Assembly (NCBI RefSeq): GCF_006345805.1
Contig: NC_043014.1
Span: forward strand, 37,014,001-37,078,000
Reading direction: 5' to 3'
Source: Octopus sinensis
Taxonomy: Eukaryota
Length of the DNA: 64,000 nucleotides
Shown: piece by piece, positions 1 to 13,779 of the stretch
Position numbering within the stretch: the first letter of the stretch is position 1
Layout: each line of letters opens with the position of its first letter
Notes under the pieces: model-generated
Database searches by the model: none
What the model was told of the DNA's origin: nothing
Seen by the model: only the letters and a program-made list of their open reading frames with translations
Translations under genes and position numbers: made by a program

Positions 1-391
1 CTAGACCGGTTCCTGAGCAGGTGGCACATAAAAAACACCATTTGAGCATGGCCGTTGCCACTACCGCCTGAGTGGCTCTCGTGCCGGTGGCATGTAAAAG
101 CACCCACTACATAGGAAGGGCATCCAGCTGTAGAAACTCTACCAGATCAGATTGGAACCTGGTGCAGCCATCTAATTCGCCAGTCCTCAGTCAAATCGTC
201 CAACCCATGCTAGCATGGAAAGCAAACGTTAAACAATGATGATGATGATGATGTGTGTGTTTGCCCCCAACCACTTGACAATCGGTGTTGGTGTGTTTAC
301 ATCCCAGTAACATAGCAGTTCATCAAGAAAGATTGATAGAATGAGTACTAGGCTTAAAAGAAATAAGCCCTGGGAGGTCAATTTATATGAT

Positions 392-810
392 AATGAAATT
401 ATTGTATACAGTGCTCGGGTGCACCACAACTTGTCAGACAGTGCATATAAAGCACATGCAGTAATGTACAAATGTCTGGAAAGCGAACAATGCATGAGTC
501 AGATACATGCTTGTGTGTGTATGGAGGAGAGAAAATCAGGTGTAGTGTTGGCGAATCTCAGAAAGCATGGAAGTTTCGAAGGATGCAATGCTCCGACAAC
601 TAACAACTGATGCCGGCAGTTTGTTCCATGCTTCAGCAACTCTCAGCGTGAAAAAATGTATCCTAAAGTCATGGGAGCTGTGCTGTTTTCTGACTTTGTA
701 AATATGTCCACAGGTGTTAGATGAGTGGAGTTTGAAAAGGTGCTCAGAGTTATTGTTTGTACGATGGTTGATAATTTTCAGTGCCCCAGCGTGGCTGCAA
801 TCTAATGACT
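392..810 (-). mobile_element. CR1/L2-clade LINE 3' end fragment
   Basis: Minus-strand translation FFTLRVAEAWNKLPASVVSCRSIASFETSML is typical of the C-terminus of CR1/L2 ORF2, followed by a 3' UTR and an ATT-rich tail. Confidence 0.75.
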
Positions 811-1523
811 GAAACAAGTAGGAGATATCACACACATGAAATGCAAACATATAAGGCGTTACATTATCCATAGAAAACACTAGAGAAAGCAAAATGGTGT
901 GCAAACAGAACACTCAAAGATGTCACATTTGAGTGCTCTATTTGGCCAACAAAGAGAAATAACAATTGTGTTCAAGCAAGACATTAAATCTATCATAGAT
1001 TATTCTAGTCTAGTGTCTTCTACCCCACTACAATCACCTCATTCTGCACCATCACAGGTTTTATGCAGCCACTTACATGTCAAAACAAAAATAATTAAGT
1101 TGAAAGACCACCAGGAAAATGCAAGATGTTTGATTTATTACTGTGCTAAGTTTCAAACATCGTGGACCCTGCCTCTATATGAAAGATCACATTCAGGCAT
1201 AGATACAATAACACAAAACACTATTACAATGATATCCTTGCTGAACTCTGACAAGCTTAAGCCAGGAAATAGCAACGAGGAAAATTACTGATTCACTGGA
1301 TTTCTGGAGGCAAAAGTGACAAAGGTGCATCTGTACTCCTTGATCAGTGTAGCAAGTAGCCATTTTAGCCATTTTGAAATAAGGTGCGAATTGGTAGCAA
1401 TTGGCAATATGACGTAATGTCGTATTGCTGAAGAAATATTATTGTCGTTTTTCCATTGGTTAATATAACTGCTCATATAGAGATTATAAAAGTAACTTAA
1501 AGAATATGTATATATATATATAT

Positions 1524-1919
1524 AGGTGCAGGAGTGGCTGTGTGGTAAGTAGCTTGCTTACCAACCACATGGTTCCGGGTTCAGTTCCACTGCGTGGCAC
1601 CTAGGACGAGTGTCTTCTACTATAGCCTCAGGCCGACCAAAGCTTTGTGAGTGGATTTGGTAGACGGAAACTGAAAGAAGCCCGTCGTATATATGTATAT
1701 GTATATATATATATATGTGTCTGTGTTTGTCCCCGCAACATCACTTGACAACCGATGCTGGTGTGTTTACGTCCCCGTAACTTAGCATTTCGGCAAAAGA
1801 GACCGATAGATTAAGTACTAGGCTTACAAAGAATAAGTCCTGGGGTCAATTTGCTCAACTAAAGGCAGTGCTCCAGCATGGCCACAGTCACATGACTGAA
1901 ACAAGTAAAAGAGGAAGAG
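1524..1919 (+). mobile_element. tRNA-derived CORE-like SINE (family B, representative copy)
   Basis: tRNA-like head, GGCACCTTGGGCAAGTG core-like block, internal (TA/TG)n, and ...GACTGAAACAAGTAAAAGA tail. Similar copies at ~15711-16103, 16110-16390, 23305-23577, 38975-39365, 47955-48350, 49125-49530, 53342-53730, 60647-61053 (+) and 7690-7860, 61310-61710 (-). Confidence 0.8.
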
Positions 1920-2159
1920 TATGTGATTTCGATTCTTTAAAGTCAAGTTGAGCAGTTATAAAAAACCCTGGATTTTTGGAAAAACTTTAGTGTTTGTTGG
2001 ATGTAACTGAACTCCATGACACTCACTCCTTTGAGACATTGGTGATTTTCATGCCAAGTCCAAAGGAAAGTCGACAAGTCTATTTTGAACTGTTGGTTCA
2101 TTTATTAGTTAGCTTTATGAATTAGCTAGTGAAATATATAGTCATACTTCTACACGACG

Positions 2160-2600
2160 AAAATTATAATAATAATGAAATTATTGTATACAGTGCTCAG
2201 GTGCACCACAACTTGTCAGAAAGTGCATATAAAGTACATGCAGTAATGTACAAATGTCTGGAAAGCGAACAATGCATGAGTCAGATACATGCTTGTGTGT
2301 GTATGGAGGGGAGAAAATCAGGTGTAGTGTTGGCGAATCTCAGGAAGCATGGAAGTCTTGAAGGATGCAGTGCTCCGACAACTAACAACCGATGCCGGCA
2401 GTTTGTTCCACGCTTCAGCAACTCTCAGCGTGAAAAAATGTTTCCTGAAGTCATGGGAGCTGTGCTGTTTTCTTACTTACGGGTGTTAGATGGGTGGAGT
2501 TTGAAAAGGTGCTCAGAGTTATTGTTTGTGCGATGGTTGATAATTTTATGGGTGTCTGCCAGGTCAGCTGCCAGACGTCGGAGTTTCAATGTGTCCATGT
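2160..2600 (-). mobile_element. CR1/L2-clade LINE 3' end fragment (second copy)
   Basis: Closely similar to 392-810 over ~400 bp. Confidence 0.75.
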
Positions 2601-3004
2601 GTTCCTTTCACATGTACATAATATAAAATGTTATATTTATATAATAAGACTGTGTATGAATATGCATTTCTGTTATCATTAAATTATATTTTCTTATAGC
2701 GGTTAAATGAACACGAAGATAATAATATACATACATGACGCTAATATTCTTAGCGTTCCATAAGTATATCAGTAAAAAATATTTGCATTGAAAAATTCAT
2801 TTCAATGAACATATTTTTTTTAATGTTATCATTATCATAATTCAATATCCATGTTCCATGCTGGCATGACTTGGACTCTTCATATAAAGTGCAGATATGG
2901 CCATGTGGGAAGAAGTTTGCTTCCCAATCACATGGTTCCAGGTTCAGTCCCACTGCATGGCACCTTGGGCAAGTGTCTTCTACTATAACCTTGGGCCAAG
3001 GCTT

Positions 3005-3740
3005 TCATCATCATCATCATCGTTTAACGTCCGTTTTCCGCGCTAGCATGGGTTGGATGGTTCGACCGGGGTCTGGGAAGCCAGGGGCTGCACCAGGCTC
3101 CTGTCTGATCTGGCAGTGTTTCTACAGCTGGATGCCCTTCCTAATGCCAACCACTCCGCGAGTGTAGTGGGTGCTTTTTACGTGCCACCGGCACAAGTGC
3201 CAGGGGAGTCTGGCAGCGGCCACGATCGGTTGGTGCTTTTAACGTGCCACCGGCACGGAAGCCAGACAAGGCGGCGCTGGCATCGGCCAGGTTTGGATGG
3301 TGCTTTTTATGTGCCACCAGCACAGAAGCCAGTCGAGGCGGCGCTGGCATCGGCCACGTTTGGATGGTGCTTTTTTAAAAAATGGGAACTGAAATAATCT
3401 CATATATGTATATATAGGCCTCCATGCCGGTGCCACATAAAAGGCACCATTCAAGCATGATCGTTACCAGCATCGCCTTACTGGCACCTGTGCCAGTGGC
3501 ATGTGTAAAAGATTCGAGCAAGGTCATTGCCAGTACTGCCTGACTAGCCCTGTGCCGGTGGCATGTAAAAGCACCCACTACACTCTCGGAGTGGTTGGCG
3601 TTAGGAAGGGCATCCAGCTGTAGAAACACTGCCAGATCAAGATTGAAGCCTGGTGCAGCCATCTGGTTCGCCAGCCCTCTGTCAATCGTCCAACCCATGC
3701 TAGCATGGAAAGCGGACGTAAAACGATGATGATAATGATA
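3005..3740. mobile_element. Two RTE-tail short retroposons (family A) in opposite orientation
   Basis: (CAT)n-TTTAACGTCCGTTTTCC...GCTAGCATGGGTTGG block with a variable number of ~55-60 bp internal subrepeats. Many more copies (1-252, 7885-8185, 37505-37683, 46330-46720, 50030-50445, 51790-52000, 59780-59965, 61740-62000). Confidence 0.8.
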
Positions 3741-4962
3741 TGTATGTCCCTTTGTCTCCTCTATCATCACTTGACAACCAGTGTTAGTATGTTTAGATCC
3801 CCATAACTTAGCAGTTCGGCAAAAAAGACTGATAGAATAAATACTAGAATTACAAAAATTAGTACTGGGGTCGATTCATTTGACTAAAAAGTTCTTCAAG
3901 GTGGTGCCCCAGCATGGCCACAATCTGACTGAAACAGATAAAAGATAAAATGACTGATAATTTTTTTCAAATAAAATGTGACAAAAATTTGGTAAACACA
4001 TGCTTCTGTATTAAATTGCAACTATAGACAAGATAAGAATTTTAAAAAATTTATTGAAAAAAGAACCTTGCTTTTGGTAAAAATATGTATTTTTCAAAAT
4101 CTCAATATTTGGTGTTTTGCATTTTTTTAAGATCACAAAAAAAAAAAAGTTTTATTCCATTAATTCTAAGATTGAATTTTGCAAAGGTTAATTTTCATTT
4201 CTAATTTTATTCTTTAATTAAATGGTCCAGTTTCAGTGTTTTCTTACATTATAATATTTATATATATATATATATATATTTTACATTGAAACTACCTACA
4301 GAATACGGGAACCCAAATGTAATTACCTCCATTGATCTAACAGACATAATGCATCATTGAGGAAGTCTAATAATTCTAAGATATGCAACAGAGTTGTCAA
4401 GAAGGATTATACATTATTTGTTTACAAATTTTATCAACTCTTGTGGCAACCATTATTTTTTGAGTTGTCGCCCTTACCATTGTTCAACATTTACTCTTTC
4501 CTTCATACAGACATAACGTCCATTAATTCAAATTAGTTATCTAAGCTGCAATTAGTTTGAAGTTAACCAACATTAAATATTTTAACACTTGCTCCGTCAT
4601 TACTTAATATTAGATAAATGAAATTTATGTAATGTTTTTAATAAAATCTAAGAATTTACAGTAAAACTAACAGGAAAAATGAAAATTATTTTTAAATCTC
4701 ACAACATGAGATATTCAGCAACAGTACTTTGTAGTAAAGATTGTTTGCCAACATAACATGGCAGTCCTGGTTTACAGCAATATTCGTCCTAAACCAGGAC
4801 TGTCATGTTATGTTGGCAAATAATTTTTACTACAATGAAAAAAAGAATCCTTAATTATAAACCATCGAGTCCTGTGACTTATTGGACAGCTGCAGCACAG
4901 CTTGAAAGCCACAAGGTCACTTAATATATCCTTTCAAGAACACATTCATCTCACAGTTACAT

Positions 4963-5178
4963 TTAACCCATTAGCACATAAACCGGCAACGTCAGGCCCA
5001 AATATTCTCCGTTTTATGTTCAAATTGACCTTTCACACCTGCCCTAAAATATTAGTCTAAAAATAGACAATCACATCCTCAAAATCTCAAAGCTATGAGA
5101 TAATCTGTGATAAATTCAAAACAGTGTAAATAAATAGGCATTACACTTGATAGAATATTCTGAATGCTAAAGGGTTAA
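4963..5178. mobile_element. piggyBac-like MITE (TTAA TSD)
   Basis: TTAA-CCCATTAGCA ... TGCTAAAGGG-TTAA termini. Related copies at 30649-30875 and ~34510-34728. Confidence 0.75.
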
Positions 5179-5709
5179 GGAAGACATTATTTCATGCAAG
5201 CCAACGAAAATTTGCCAGTTATACCTCCCTATACTCATAACTACATCTTACATTAATCTGTACTTACATGATGTCTAATTTAGATTGACCCAAAATTAGA
5301 CAGTTGTGGCAACTGAACTGTAGGTGTTACAACATAACACTGAATCAACCAAGTCTCTGCTACTATCTAACTCCTAACTTGATAATACCATACTGGAATG
5401 TTGTTCACTGCCTGAATGAAATGATGACAGAACATACACAATACACTTTTTCTAAATTCTAAAACAAACACTACTTAAACATATTCTCTTTCAGGCAATT
5501 TTGTTCCTGATAAATATTTACAACAGAGCTGAAGTATAATTAATGAGGAAGCAAATTATATCATGTGTGTGTGTTAGAAAACTAGACTATTTTATTCATA
5601 CTATGGTTTCACAAAGGTATCAAAGTGGATATGTATCTTGCACATAAAATCATAAACATACATATGTCTGTATAAATGTCATGTAATACACACAAATGTA
5701 TGTACATGT

Positions 5710-6010
5710 GAAGGCACATGGCTTAGTAGTTAGGGCATTCAGCTCATGATATTTGGTAGCGTGTAGTGTTCTTGAGCAAGACACTTTATTTAACATTGCT
5801 CCAATCCACTCACCTGGCAAAAATGAGTTTTTGTACCTGTAATCTAAGGGCCAACCTTGTCACAGTCTGTATCACGCTGGATCTCCCTGAGAACTACATT
5901 AAGGAAATGAGTGCCTGTGGAATACTCAACCACTTGCACAGTAATTTCATGAGCAGGTTCTTCCATTGATTGGATCAACTGAAATACTCGTCATAACCAA
6001 CAGAGTGCCA
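5710..6010 (+). mobile_element. tRNA-derived SINE (family E)
   Basis: Head GAAGGCACATGGCTTAGT and GTGTTCTTGAGCAAGACACTTTATTT block. Related copies at ~38275-38585 (+), 41708-42062 (-) and 48990-49120 (-). Confidence 0.6.
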
Positions 6011-7258
6011 GTTATGTATGTATGTTTATAATATAATTCTAGCTGATATTTAAACAAAACAAGTGATTTGTAATTAGTAGCACCAAACTAACAGCAGACA
6101 AGGTCATGTCTTTCACATGCAAACATTTCTTTATCAAATCTACTGCATTTAAAACTATGAGTAAAATGCAAAACGAAGCAACGTTTATCTCATAGAATAT
6201 CAAGACATAGTTTCTGAACATTATTTGATAGACACCACATGCAGCTGCTGTCTCCTATAACAATAATTAAAAATATAACTTCAGTACCTAAAATTATAAA
6301 AACCCTAAGATCTGAAATACTTGGAGTAACTTAACCTCAGAACAAGGATTTTTTTTTTTTCTGACACAAAGAAAGATCACTTTGTTTTACATAATGGAGT
6401 AAGTTTTGAAACTAAAGATATAACTTGGGAACTTAAAAAGCTTATTCTATATTAGCTGTAGCCAGCATTAGCCTTTATAAAGATGTGAATTCTACTTAGT
6501 ATTAAATTTATTAGATCTTATAGCATCCAAATTATTCCATTATTTTTCAATTGCATCAAAATTCATCCGGAATAATGCTTTATAGACCTTCTTGCCAAAA
6601 TTACTCAAGCAGAGTGACTTCTGGTCGCTTTATTGGCCAATACAAATTTTATTTGTCTTTATTGTTTTAACTATTTTGGCAAGCTGGCATGAAACATCTC
6701 AATAAAATTTTCACTACTAATGGAGAATTCTGAGCTGATTTGGTCGATGTTTTTTCATGAAATATTGAAATATTCAGTTTCATCGGTTACCAAAATGCTC
6801 TCACATCATTAAGTACACTCTGCATTATACAATTGGTTTAACCATCAAGGCACATTTAAATTTTGCTGTCAAGTAAAAAGTTACAAACTTACAAATCTAC
6901 CTATGCTATTGCATTCCTTAGAGCATTATTTTTCAAAACTATTGACATTATCTAATATAAAAACTACTAAATCTTTAAAAAAATGTCTTAGCTTCATAAC
7001 TTTACCAACACTGCACACACATTCTGGAGTATTTTTAAAATGTAACTTCGGTAACATGATGTATTTGTGCTTTAGATAAAATCAATTGTCAGTTGACTGA
7101 ATACTGTGAACCATCATCTGATAGTTACTTTTTCAATTAAACTCACAACACTGAAATTTGCGAAACTATATTTCTGGAATATGTCAGTAAATACATACTC
7201 ACATACTCTGCTACAAATATTCTTTATACACTTTGAATACCATTCCTTTATATATATA

Positions 7259-7314
<56 letters not shown>

Positions 7315-7456
7315 CTTCCTATATCTTTTTTTTTTACTTTTTAACTAGTATGTTGTTACTTCATTAATTTTAACATTTTTATATTTATATTTTCAGATTT
7401 TTTTCCACTTGAGATGATAACATCTATTATTGTGATATAGAAATATCAAGCAATCT

Positions 7457-9733
7457 TTATAGGTCTTTACTTTCAGTAGTTACAGATTCAGGTTCTTGTG
7501 AGAGATACCAAAACAGAAATAGGTACACAGCAGCAATTATTACTAGGATTGAGAACACAACCAATATCACATCCTGCAATGAAAAAACAAAAAGAAAAAT
7601 GAAAAGGAGAGCATAGAGTATTTAGTCATAAAATCATATTAAGTGAAAGACATTTTAAACAACTTTAGTTACAGGGAGGTGTATATAATGCAGGGGACAG
7701 GCTTCTTTCAGTTTCCATCTACCAAATCCACTCACAAGGCTTTTGTTGGACTGAGACTAGAGTAAAAGACACTTGCTGAAGGTGCCACATAGTGGGACTC
7801 ACCCTGGGACCATAGGGTTCAGAAGGAAGCTTCTTACCACATAGTTACACCTGTGCCTGGTTAAGGGATAAAAAGACATCACCTTACATCATCATCATCA
7901 TTTAACGTCTGCTTTCCATGCTAGCATGGGTTGGATGGTTCAACTGGGGTCTGGGAAGCCAGAAGGCTGCACCAGGCCCAGTCTGATCTGGCAATGTTTC
8001 TACGGCTGGATGCCCTTCCTAATGCCAACCACTCCATGAGTGTAGTGGGTGCTTTTTACATGCCAGACAAGGCTGGCAAACAGCCACAAGTGGATGGTGC
8101 TTTTTACGTGCCACCAGCGCGGAGGCCAAGTGAGGCTGGCAACGGCCACGATCGGATGGTGCTTTTTACGTGCCACTGGCACGGAGTAAAATACAATTAG
8201 TTTGACAAAATTATTTCTCTCATGTTCACTTGAAAATAAAAACGAAAAATAAACTCTACCATCACCTCATGAAAATAGAGAAACCAAACTGATAAAAATG
8301 TCTTACCGTAATTGGCATTGAAGATTTCTTTAGGTCACTTTTCTTCTTTACTTCTTTGTTATCCTTTTTGGCTTTTTTAAAATTTTCTTTACCTGAGGAA
8401 AATTGACAGAAAAGAGATATCATATTGTTATTTCCCAACTTCTTCATACAATTCTTAAGTCTTTCATTATTTCACTGGTTTCAGGTAGTGAGCAGGGACA
8501 CGTTAGCAAGGTGGACAATATGCTTAACGCCTTTTCATCTGTTTTTATGTTTCAAGTTCAAATTCCGTCAAGGCCGACTTTACCTTCCATCTTTTTGTAG
8601 GGGTCAATGAAGTACCAGTTGATAACAGGCATCGATATAATCGACTTAAACCCACCCCTGAAATTGTTGGCCTTGCGCAAAAAAATTGAAGCCATTAATC
8701 CAGTGGTTTGGAGGCAACAATACTTGTGTGACATTACTTTTAAAAGTTTACATGATAATATTAACCCTCAGTACTTAGTTTAGTCTTATTTTATCATTCT
8801 TTATTGTCAAACGAGCAACTCATGCTAAATAATCAGATATCTGCTTTTAGACCAGTGTAAACATGAATGCAGACACACGCAAACACATCATCATCATCAT
8901 CATGATAATTATCATCATTTAACATCCATATTCCATGTTGACATGGGTTGGATAATTCGACAGGATCTAATTAGCCAGAGTAGTGAATCCTGCTCCAAGG
9001 TTAGCTTTGACAAAGCTTCTATGTCTGATACCCTACCTAACACCAACCACTTTACAGAGGGGACTGGATGCTTTTTATATGGCACCAGCACCAGTGAGGT
9101 GACCAAGTAACTCACAAGACAAGACCCTGAGACAAAGTGAGAGTGCAGTATTGATGGAGGTGGCTTCCAACAAGGTCAACTTTGCCTTTCATCCTTTTGG
9201 GGTTGATAAAATTCATACCAGTTGTACACTGGAGTCAATGTAATCAACTTATCCCCTTCCCCAAACTGGTTGGCCTTGTACCAAAATTAAGAAACAAAGT
9301 TAAGGTAGTGAACTGGCAGAATTGTTAGCACACCAAGCAAAATGCTTAGCAACATTTTATTCATCTTTACGTTCTGAGTTCAAATTCTGTCAAGATCCAC
9401 TTTGCCTTTCATCCTTTCAGGGACAATAGGATAAGTATCAGTCAAGCACTGGGGTTGATGTAATCAACTCATCCCCTTCACCAAACTTGTTGACTTGTGC
9501 CTAAATTTAAAACCAATATTACTTTGGGTTACAAGGCAGCAAGATGGTAGAATCATTAACATGCCAAGCAAAATGCTTAACAGTATTTCATCCATCCTTA
9601 AATTCTGAGAGTTCAAAACAAAGAAACTAAAAGAACATGTTAGAAGAGGCTTTTGTGAATATTATTTACCAATTTGTTTCCGGTGTTGTTCTCCAGCAGA
9701 AACGTGACTTGCCTGTGAATCTTTTTTCGCCAT
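7457..9733 (-). CDS. TRIQK: Triple QxxK/R motif-containing protein (small single-pass membrane protein), 88 aa, 3 coding exons
   Basis: Exons on minus strand: 9733-9670 (ATG; acceptor TAG at 9764-9762; donor GTAAAT), 8392-8307 (CAG / GTAAGA), 7573-7457 (CAG; stop TAA). Phases 1 and 0 join in frame, 267 nt in total. Protein: MAKKDSQASHVSAGEQHRKQIGKENFKKAKKDNKEVKKKSDLKKSSMPITDVILVVFSILVIIAAVYLFLFWYLSQEPESVTTESKDL. The QHRKQIGK motif, basic middle and C-terminal TM helix match vertebrate TRIQK (QYRKQIGK) as I recall it. Confidence 0.88.
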
Positions 9734-9899
9734 GTTTTTAGCTACAAGAGCAATTTCCAATCTACAAAATACAAAATTCTGCAAGAAAAGATAAACAGTA
9801 TGTAGAGTCTGACTTTTAAAATGGTAATCCATTCCTGTTATTATACCATGACATCCAAGCACGTTCAACACAAACTTTTATCAATGCATTATACTTTTT

Positions 9900-10137
9900 G
9901 TTATACATATATATATACATATATATACATATATATATACATATATACATATATATATACATATATACATACATATATACATAATATATACACATATATA
10001 CATATATACATATATATATACATATATACATATAATATACATATATATATATACACATATATATATATAATATATATACACATATATATATACATATACA
10101 CATATATATATACATATACACATATATATATACATAA

Positions 10138-10227
<90 letters not shown>

Positions 10228-10296
10228 ATATATATATACAATAATACATATATATATACATATATATATACATATTATATACATATATATATCGAC

Positions 10297-10327
<31 letters not shown>

Positions 10328-10351
10328 TATATATATATATATATACATTAT

Positions 10352-10382
<31 letters not shown>

Positions 10383-10880
10383 TACATATATATACATATA
10401 CATATATATATATATATATATAGATATATATATATAATACATATATATATATTATACATATATATATATATATAACATATATATATATACATATATATAT
10501 ATATAATACATATATATATACATATATATATACATATACATATATATATACATATATATATACATACATATATATATCACATATATATATACAATATATA
10601 TATACATATATATATACATATATATTATATATACATATACATATATATATATTATACACATATATATATAATACATATATATATATATACACATATAATA
10701 TACATATATATATATATACACATATATATATACATATATAATATACATATATATATATATATATATACATATATATATAATATATACATATATATATATT
10801 ATATACATATATATATACATATTATATATACATATATATACATATATATACAAATAATACATATATTATACATATATATA
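9900..10880. repeat. Degenerate (TA)n/(TACA)n microsatellite, ~1 kb, in TRIQK 5' intron
   Basis: Direct inspection. Confidence 0.95.
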
Positions 10881-10956
10881 CAAATGGCGGTGCCCCAGCA
10901 CGGCCACAGCTCAAGAGCTGAAACTGGAAAACATAAACATAAATATCATTATTACT

Positions 10957-11348
10957 GTTCTATATTTAAGAGATGAGGAATTATGTACATTATTTACATT
11001 CGACAAATATTTGTCCTCATCTTGTTTGTTGTTAACACATTTCGGCTGATATACCCTCCAGCCTTCATCAGGTGTCTCTTGGGGAAATTTCAAACCTGGG
11101 TTCTCATATGGCATAGTGGTTAAGAGCATGGGCTACTAACCCCAAGATTCCAAGTTCGATTCCAAGCTGTGACCTGAACAATAACAATAATAATAATAAT
11201 AATAACATGGAAAAATACCTTAGGAATGAGAACCCAGGTTCAAAATTTCCCCAAGACACCTGAAGAAGGCTGGAAGGTATATCAGCCGAAACATTGTATT
11301 AACAACAAACAAGATGAGGACAAATATCCGTTGTATGTAAATAATGTA
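10957..11348. mobile_element. Inverted-repeat element with tRNA-like head and Penelope-type hammerhead motifs
   Basis: Arms 10957-11107 and 11226-11348 are reverse complements. The spacer has A-box and B-box motifs plus (AAT)n. Each arm has CTGANGA-A-GGCTG-N10-CAGCC-GAAA. Confidence 0.65.
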
Positions 11349-11799
11349 TCATTATTACTATTACACTATAATCTGACTTTGAAACAGGTCTTAATAGCAT
11401 TTTATAAACTAACAGCTAGTTCACCACATTAAGTGGGGTGAGGCAAATTAGTGTGGCAGCATTTTGTCCATCTTCACATTCTGTATTCAAATTCCACTGA
11501 AGTCAACTTTACCTTTCATCTTTTCAGGATAGATAAAAAAAGGTACCTGTTGAGCACAGGGGTTGGGGGTTTGACTTAGCCCTTCCCTTGAAATTTCTGG
11601 CCTTGTGCCAAAATTTGAAATCAAAGAAGATTTAAACAGAATCTAGAGAATTTGATTATTTCTGCAAGACTGCATTTTCTTAGTAATAGAATAAGTTCTG
11701 ATGAATAAAAATATGTGATGCTCATATGTTTTTGTTTTTTTTTCAAAATATTTGCAGTCCCCTAGACTCACTGAGGAGATGACAAGGGGCCAGAACTTG

Positions 11800-12357
11800 T
11801 GGCAATAAAAGGCAGTGAGCTGGCAGAAACGTTAGCACGCCGGGCGAAATGCTTAGCAATATTTCGTCTGTCGACTTCGCCTTCCATCCTTTTGGAGTCA
11901 ATTAAATAAGTACCAGTTATGCACTGGGGTCGATATAATCGACTTAATCCAGTTGTCAGTCCTTGTTTGTCCTCTCCGTGTTTAGCCCCTTGTAGGTAGT
12001 AAAGAAATAGGTATTTCATCTGCCGTTACGTTCTGAGTTCAAATTCCGCCAATGTCGACTTTGCCTTTCATCCTTTCGGGGTCGATTAAGTAAGTACCAG
12101 TTACGCACTGGGGGTTGATATAAACGACTTAATCCATTTGTTTGTCTTCTCTGTGTTTAGCCCCTTGTGGGTAGTAAAGAAATAGGTATTTCGTCTGCCG
12201 TTATGTTCTGAGTTCAAATTCCGTCGAGGTCGACTTTGCCTTTCATTCTTTCGAGGTCGATAAATTAAGTACCAGTTATGCACTGGGGTCGATGTAATTG
12301 ACTTAATCCCTTTGTCTGTCCTCTATGTTTAGCCCCTTGTGGGCAATAAAGAAATAA
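11800..12357 (+). mobile_element. Three tandem tRNA-derived SINE copies (family C, MetaSINE-like central domain)
   Basis: Repeated GAGTTCAAATTCC B-box and GTCGACTTTGCCTTTCATCCTTTCGGGGTCGATAAATTAAGTACCAG block. The family assignment is from memory of the Meta domain. Confidence 0.75.
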
Positions 12358-13779
12358 GAACTTCTGGCAATTTGCTGTTCTTGAGCAAACTCGGCAAGCT
12401 AAGTAAAACTGCAGCCATCCAGACATACAGACATGTCTTTTATGGCCATGACCCCACTCCCTCTCCCAGCTGAGAAGTCTTTGTCCTGCAGTACCAGTGC
12501 CACGTAAAATGCACTTGTGCCAGTGCCACGTAAGATGCACCTGTGCCAGTGCTACATAAATACACCCATGCTAGCAGGATGTAAAATGCACCCTGCACAC
12601 TTTGTACAGTGGTTGGCATTAGGAAGGGTATCCAGCCATAGAAAACATGCCAAAACAGACAACCCATGCCAGCATGGCAAACGGACATTAAACAGTGATG
12701 AGAATGATGATGATGATGATCTGCAGCAAAAGCTAAGTGGATTGACATCAACTTGAAGGAGAAACCAGATTGTAGCATCTTTGTCTATTTTATGGGCAAT
12801 ATTTCCTCTAAGCTGAATGTGTACATATGTTTTGCAAATTAGTGCACACAGGAAAACAGAAAAGATGTGCAGTCACAAAGTTTGCAAGATGAAATCAAAT
12901 TTTTTATTCGGTTATGGTTACTCATGTGGTGTGCACATATTTCGCAAAGAAAGACGAAATTTGCACACGAGCAAATTTTTGTGCACACTCAGCAAAGAGT
13001 TGCATGCAAATTACATTATAATCTTACTTTGAAACAATAAAATAAGTATGTTTATTGGTTAATTTAGTCAACCAAATTTCTGACCTTATACCTACGTTAG
13101 AAAAAAAATCATTATGAAGATGTCTACAGAGTTATTGGTTGCAAAGAAATGAGAATAACTTGATGCAAGCATGGCTGTATAGTCTAAGAAATTAATTTTG
13201 CAATCAAATAGTTCCACTGTGCAATTCCTAAACTTTGGCAAACCAATCCTATGAGAGTAAATAAAAACTGTGCTGAAGCCTACCACACACACACACACGT
13301 GTGTATGTGCATGCATGCTTGTATAAGTCAGTCAAAGAAACTTTAAGGTACATATTTCCTAAAAGGAGAGATATAAGCCATCAGGTAAAATCAACCATTT
13401 GAGAAATAAATATAAACAAAATGAGAACCAGATTAAGTACTGAACTTGACATAGTAACTAAAACCCTTGGTACCTCACTATATCCACCATGCAATGATTG
13501 AAACCTGTGAAATACAAAGTCAATTTTTGTATTGGAGGATTATAATTAATTGAACTGAGTGCATTATTGTACAGGTACTTATTTAATTTACCACTGGATT
13601 TATAAAAGGGAAAAATCTTCCCAGACAAGATTTGAACCCAGAATTTAAGAGAACAAAATTAAATGCATGACAAGGCATTTAGTTCGGTTTTTCATCGTTT
13701 TTATGAAGTCATCACATTCAGTTGGACAAAACTAAGTATACAATTAGAGATTTTTTTAAAAGCTTTAGGAAGTTCATAC

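Noticed and set aside
899-1476. 130-aa plus-strand ORF and 63-aa minus-strand ORF
   Set aside because: No recognisable domain or splice context. Probably decayed TE or intergenic sequence.
3170-3370. Regularly spaced ~55-60 bp repeats resembling a CRISPR array
   Set aside because: Eukaryotic context. These are internal subrepeats of a retroposon with no unique spacers.
9816-10862. Long YIYIYI-type ORFs (also at 20119-20936, 22057-22791, 25512-25850, 52869-53136)
   Set aside because: Stop-free translations of (TA)n microsatellites.
11108-11170. tRNA-like sequence (also heads at 33740, 43305 and others)
   Set aside because: Has A/B boxes but no complete cloverleaf, and continues into a repeat body. 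These are SINE heads rather than tRNA genes.
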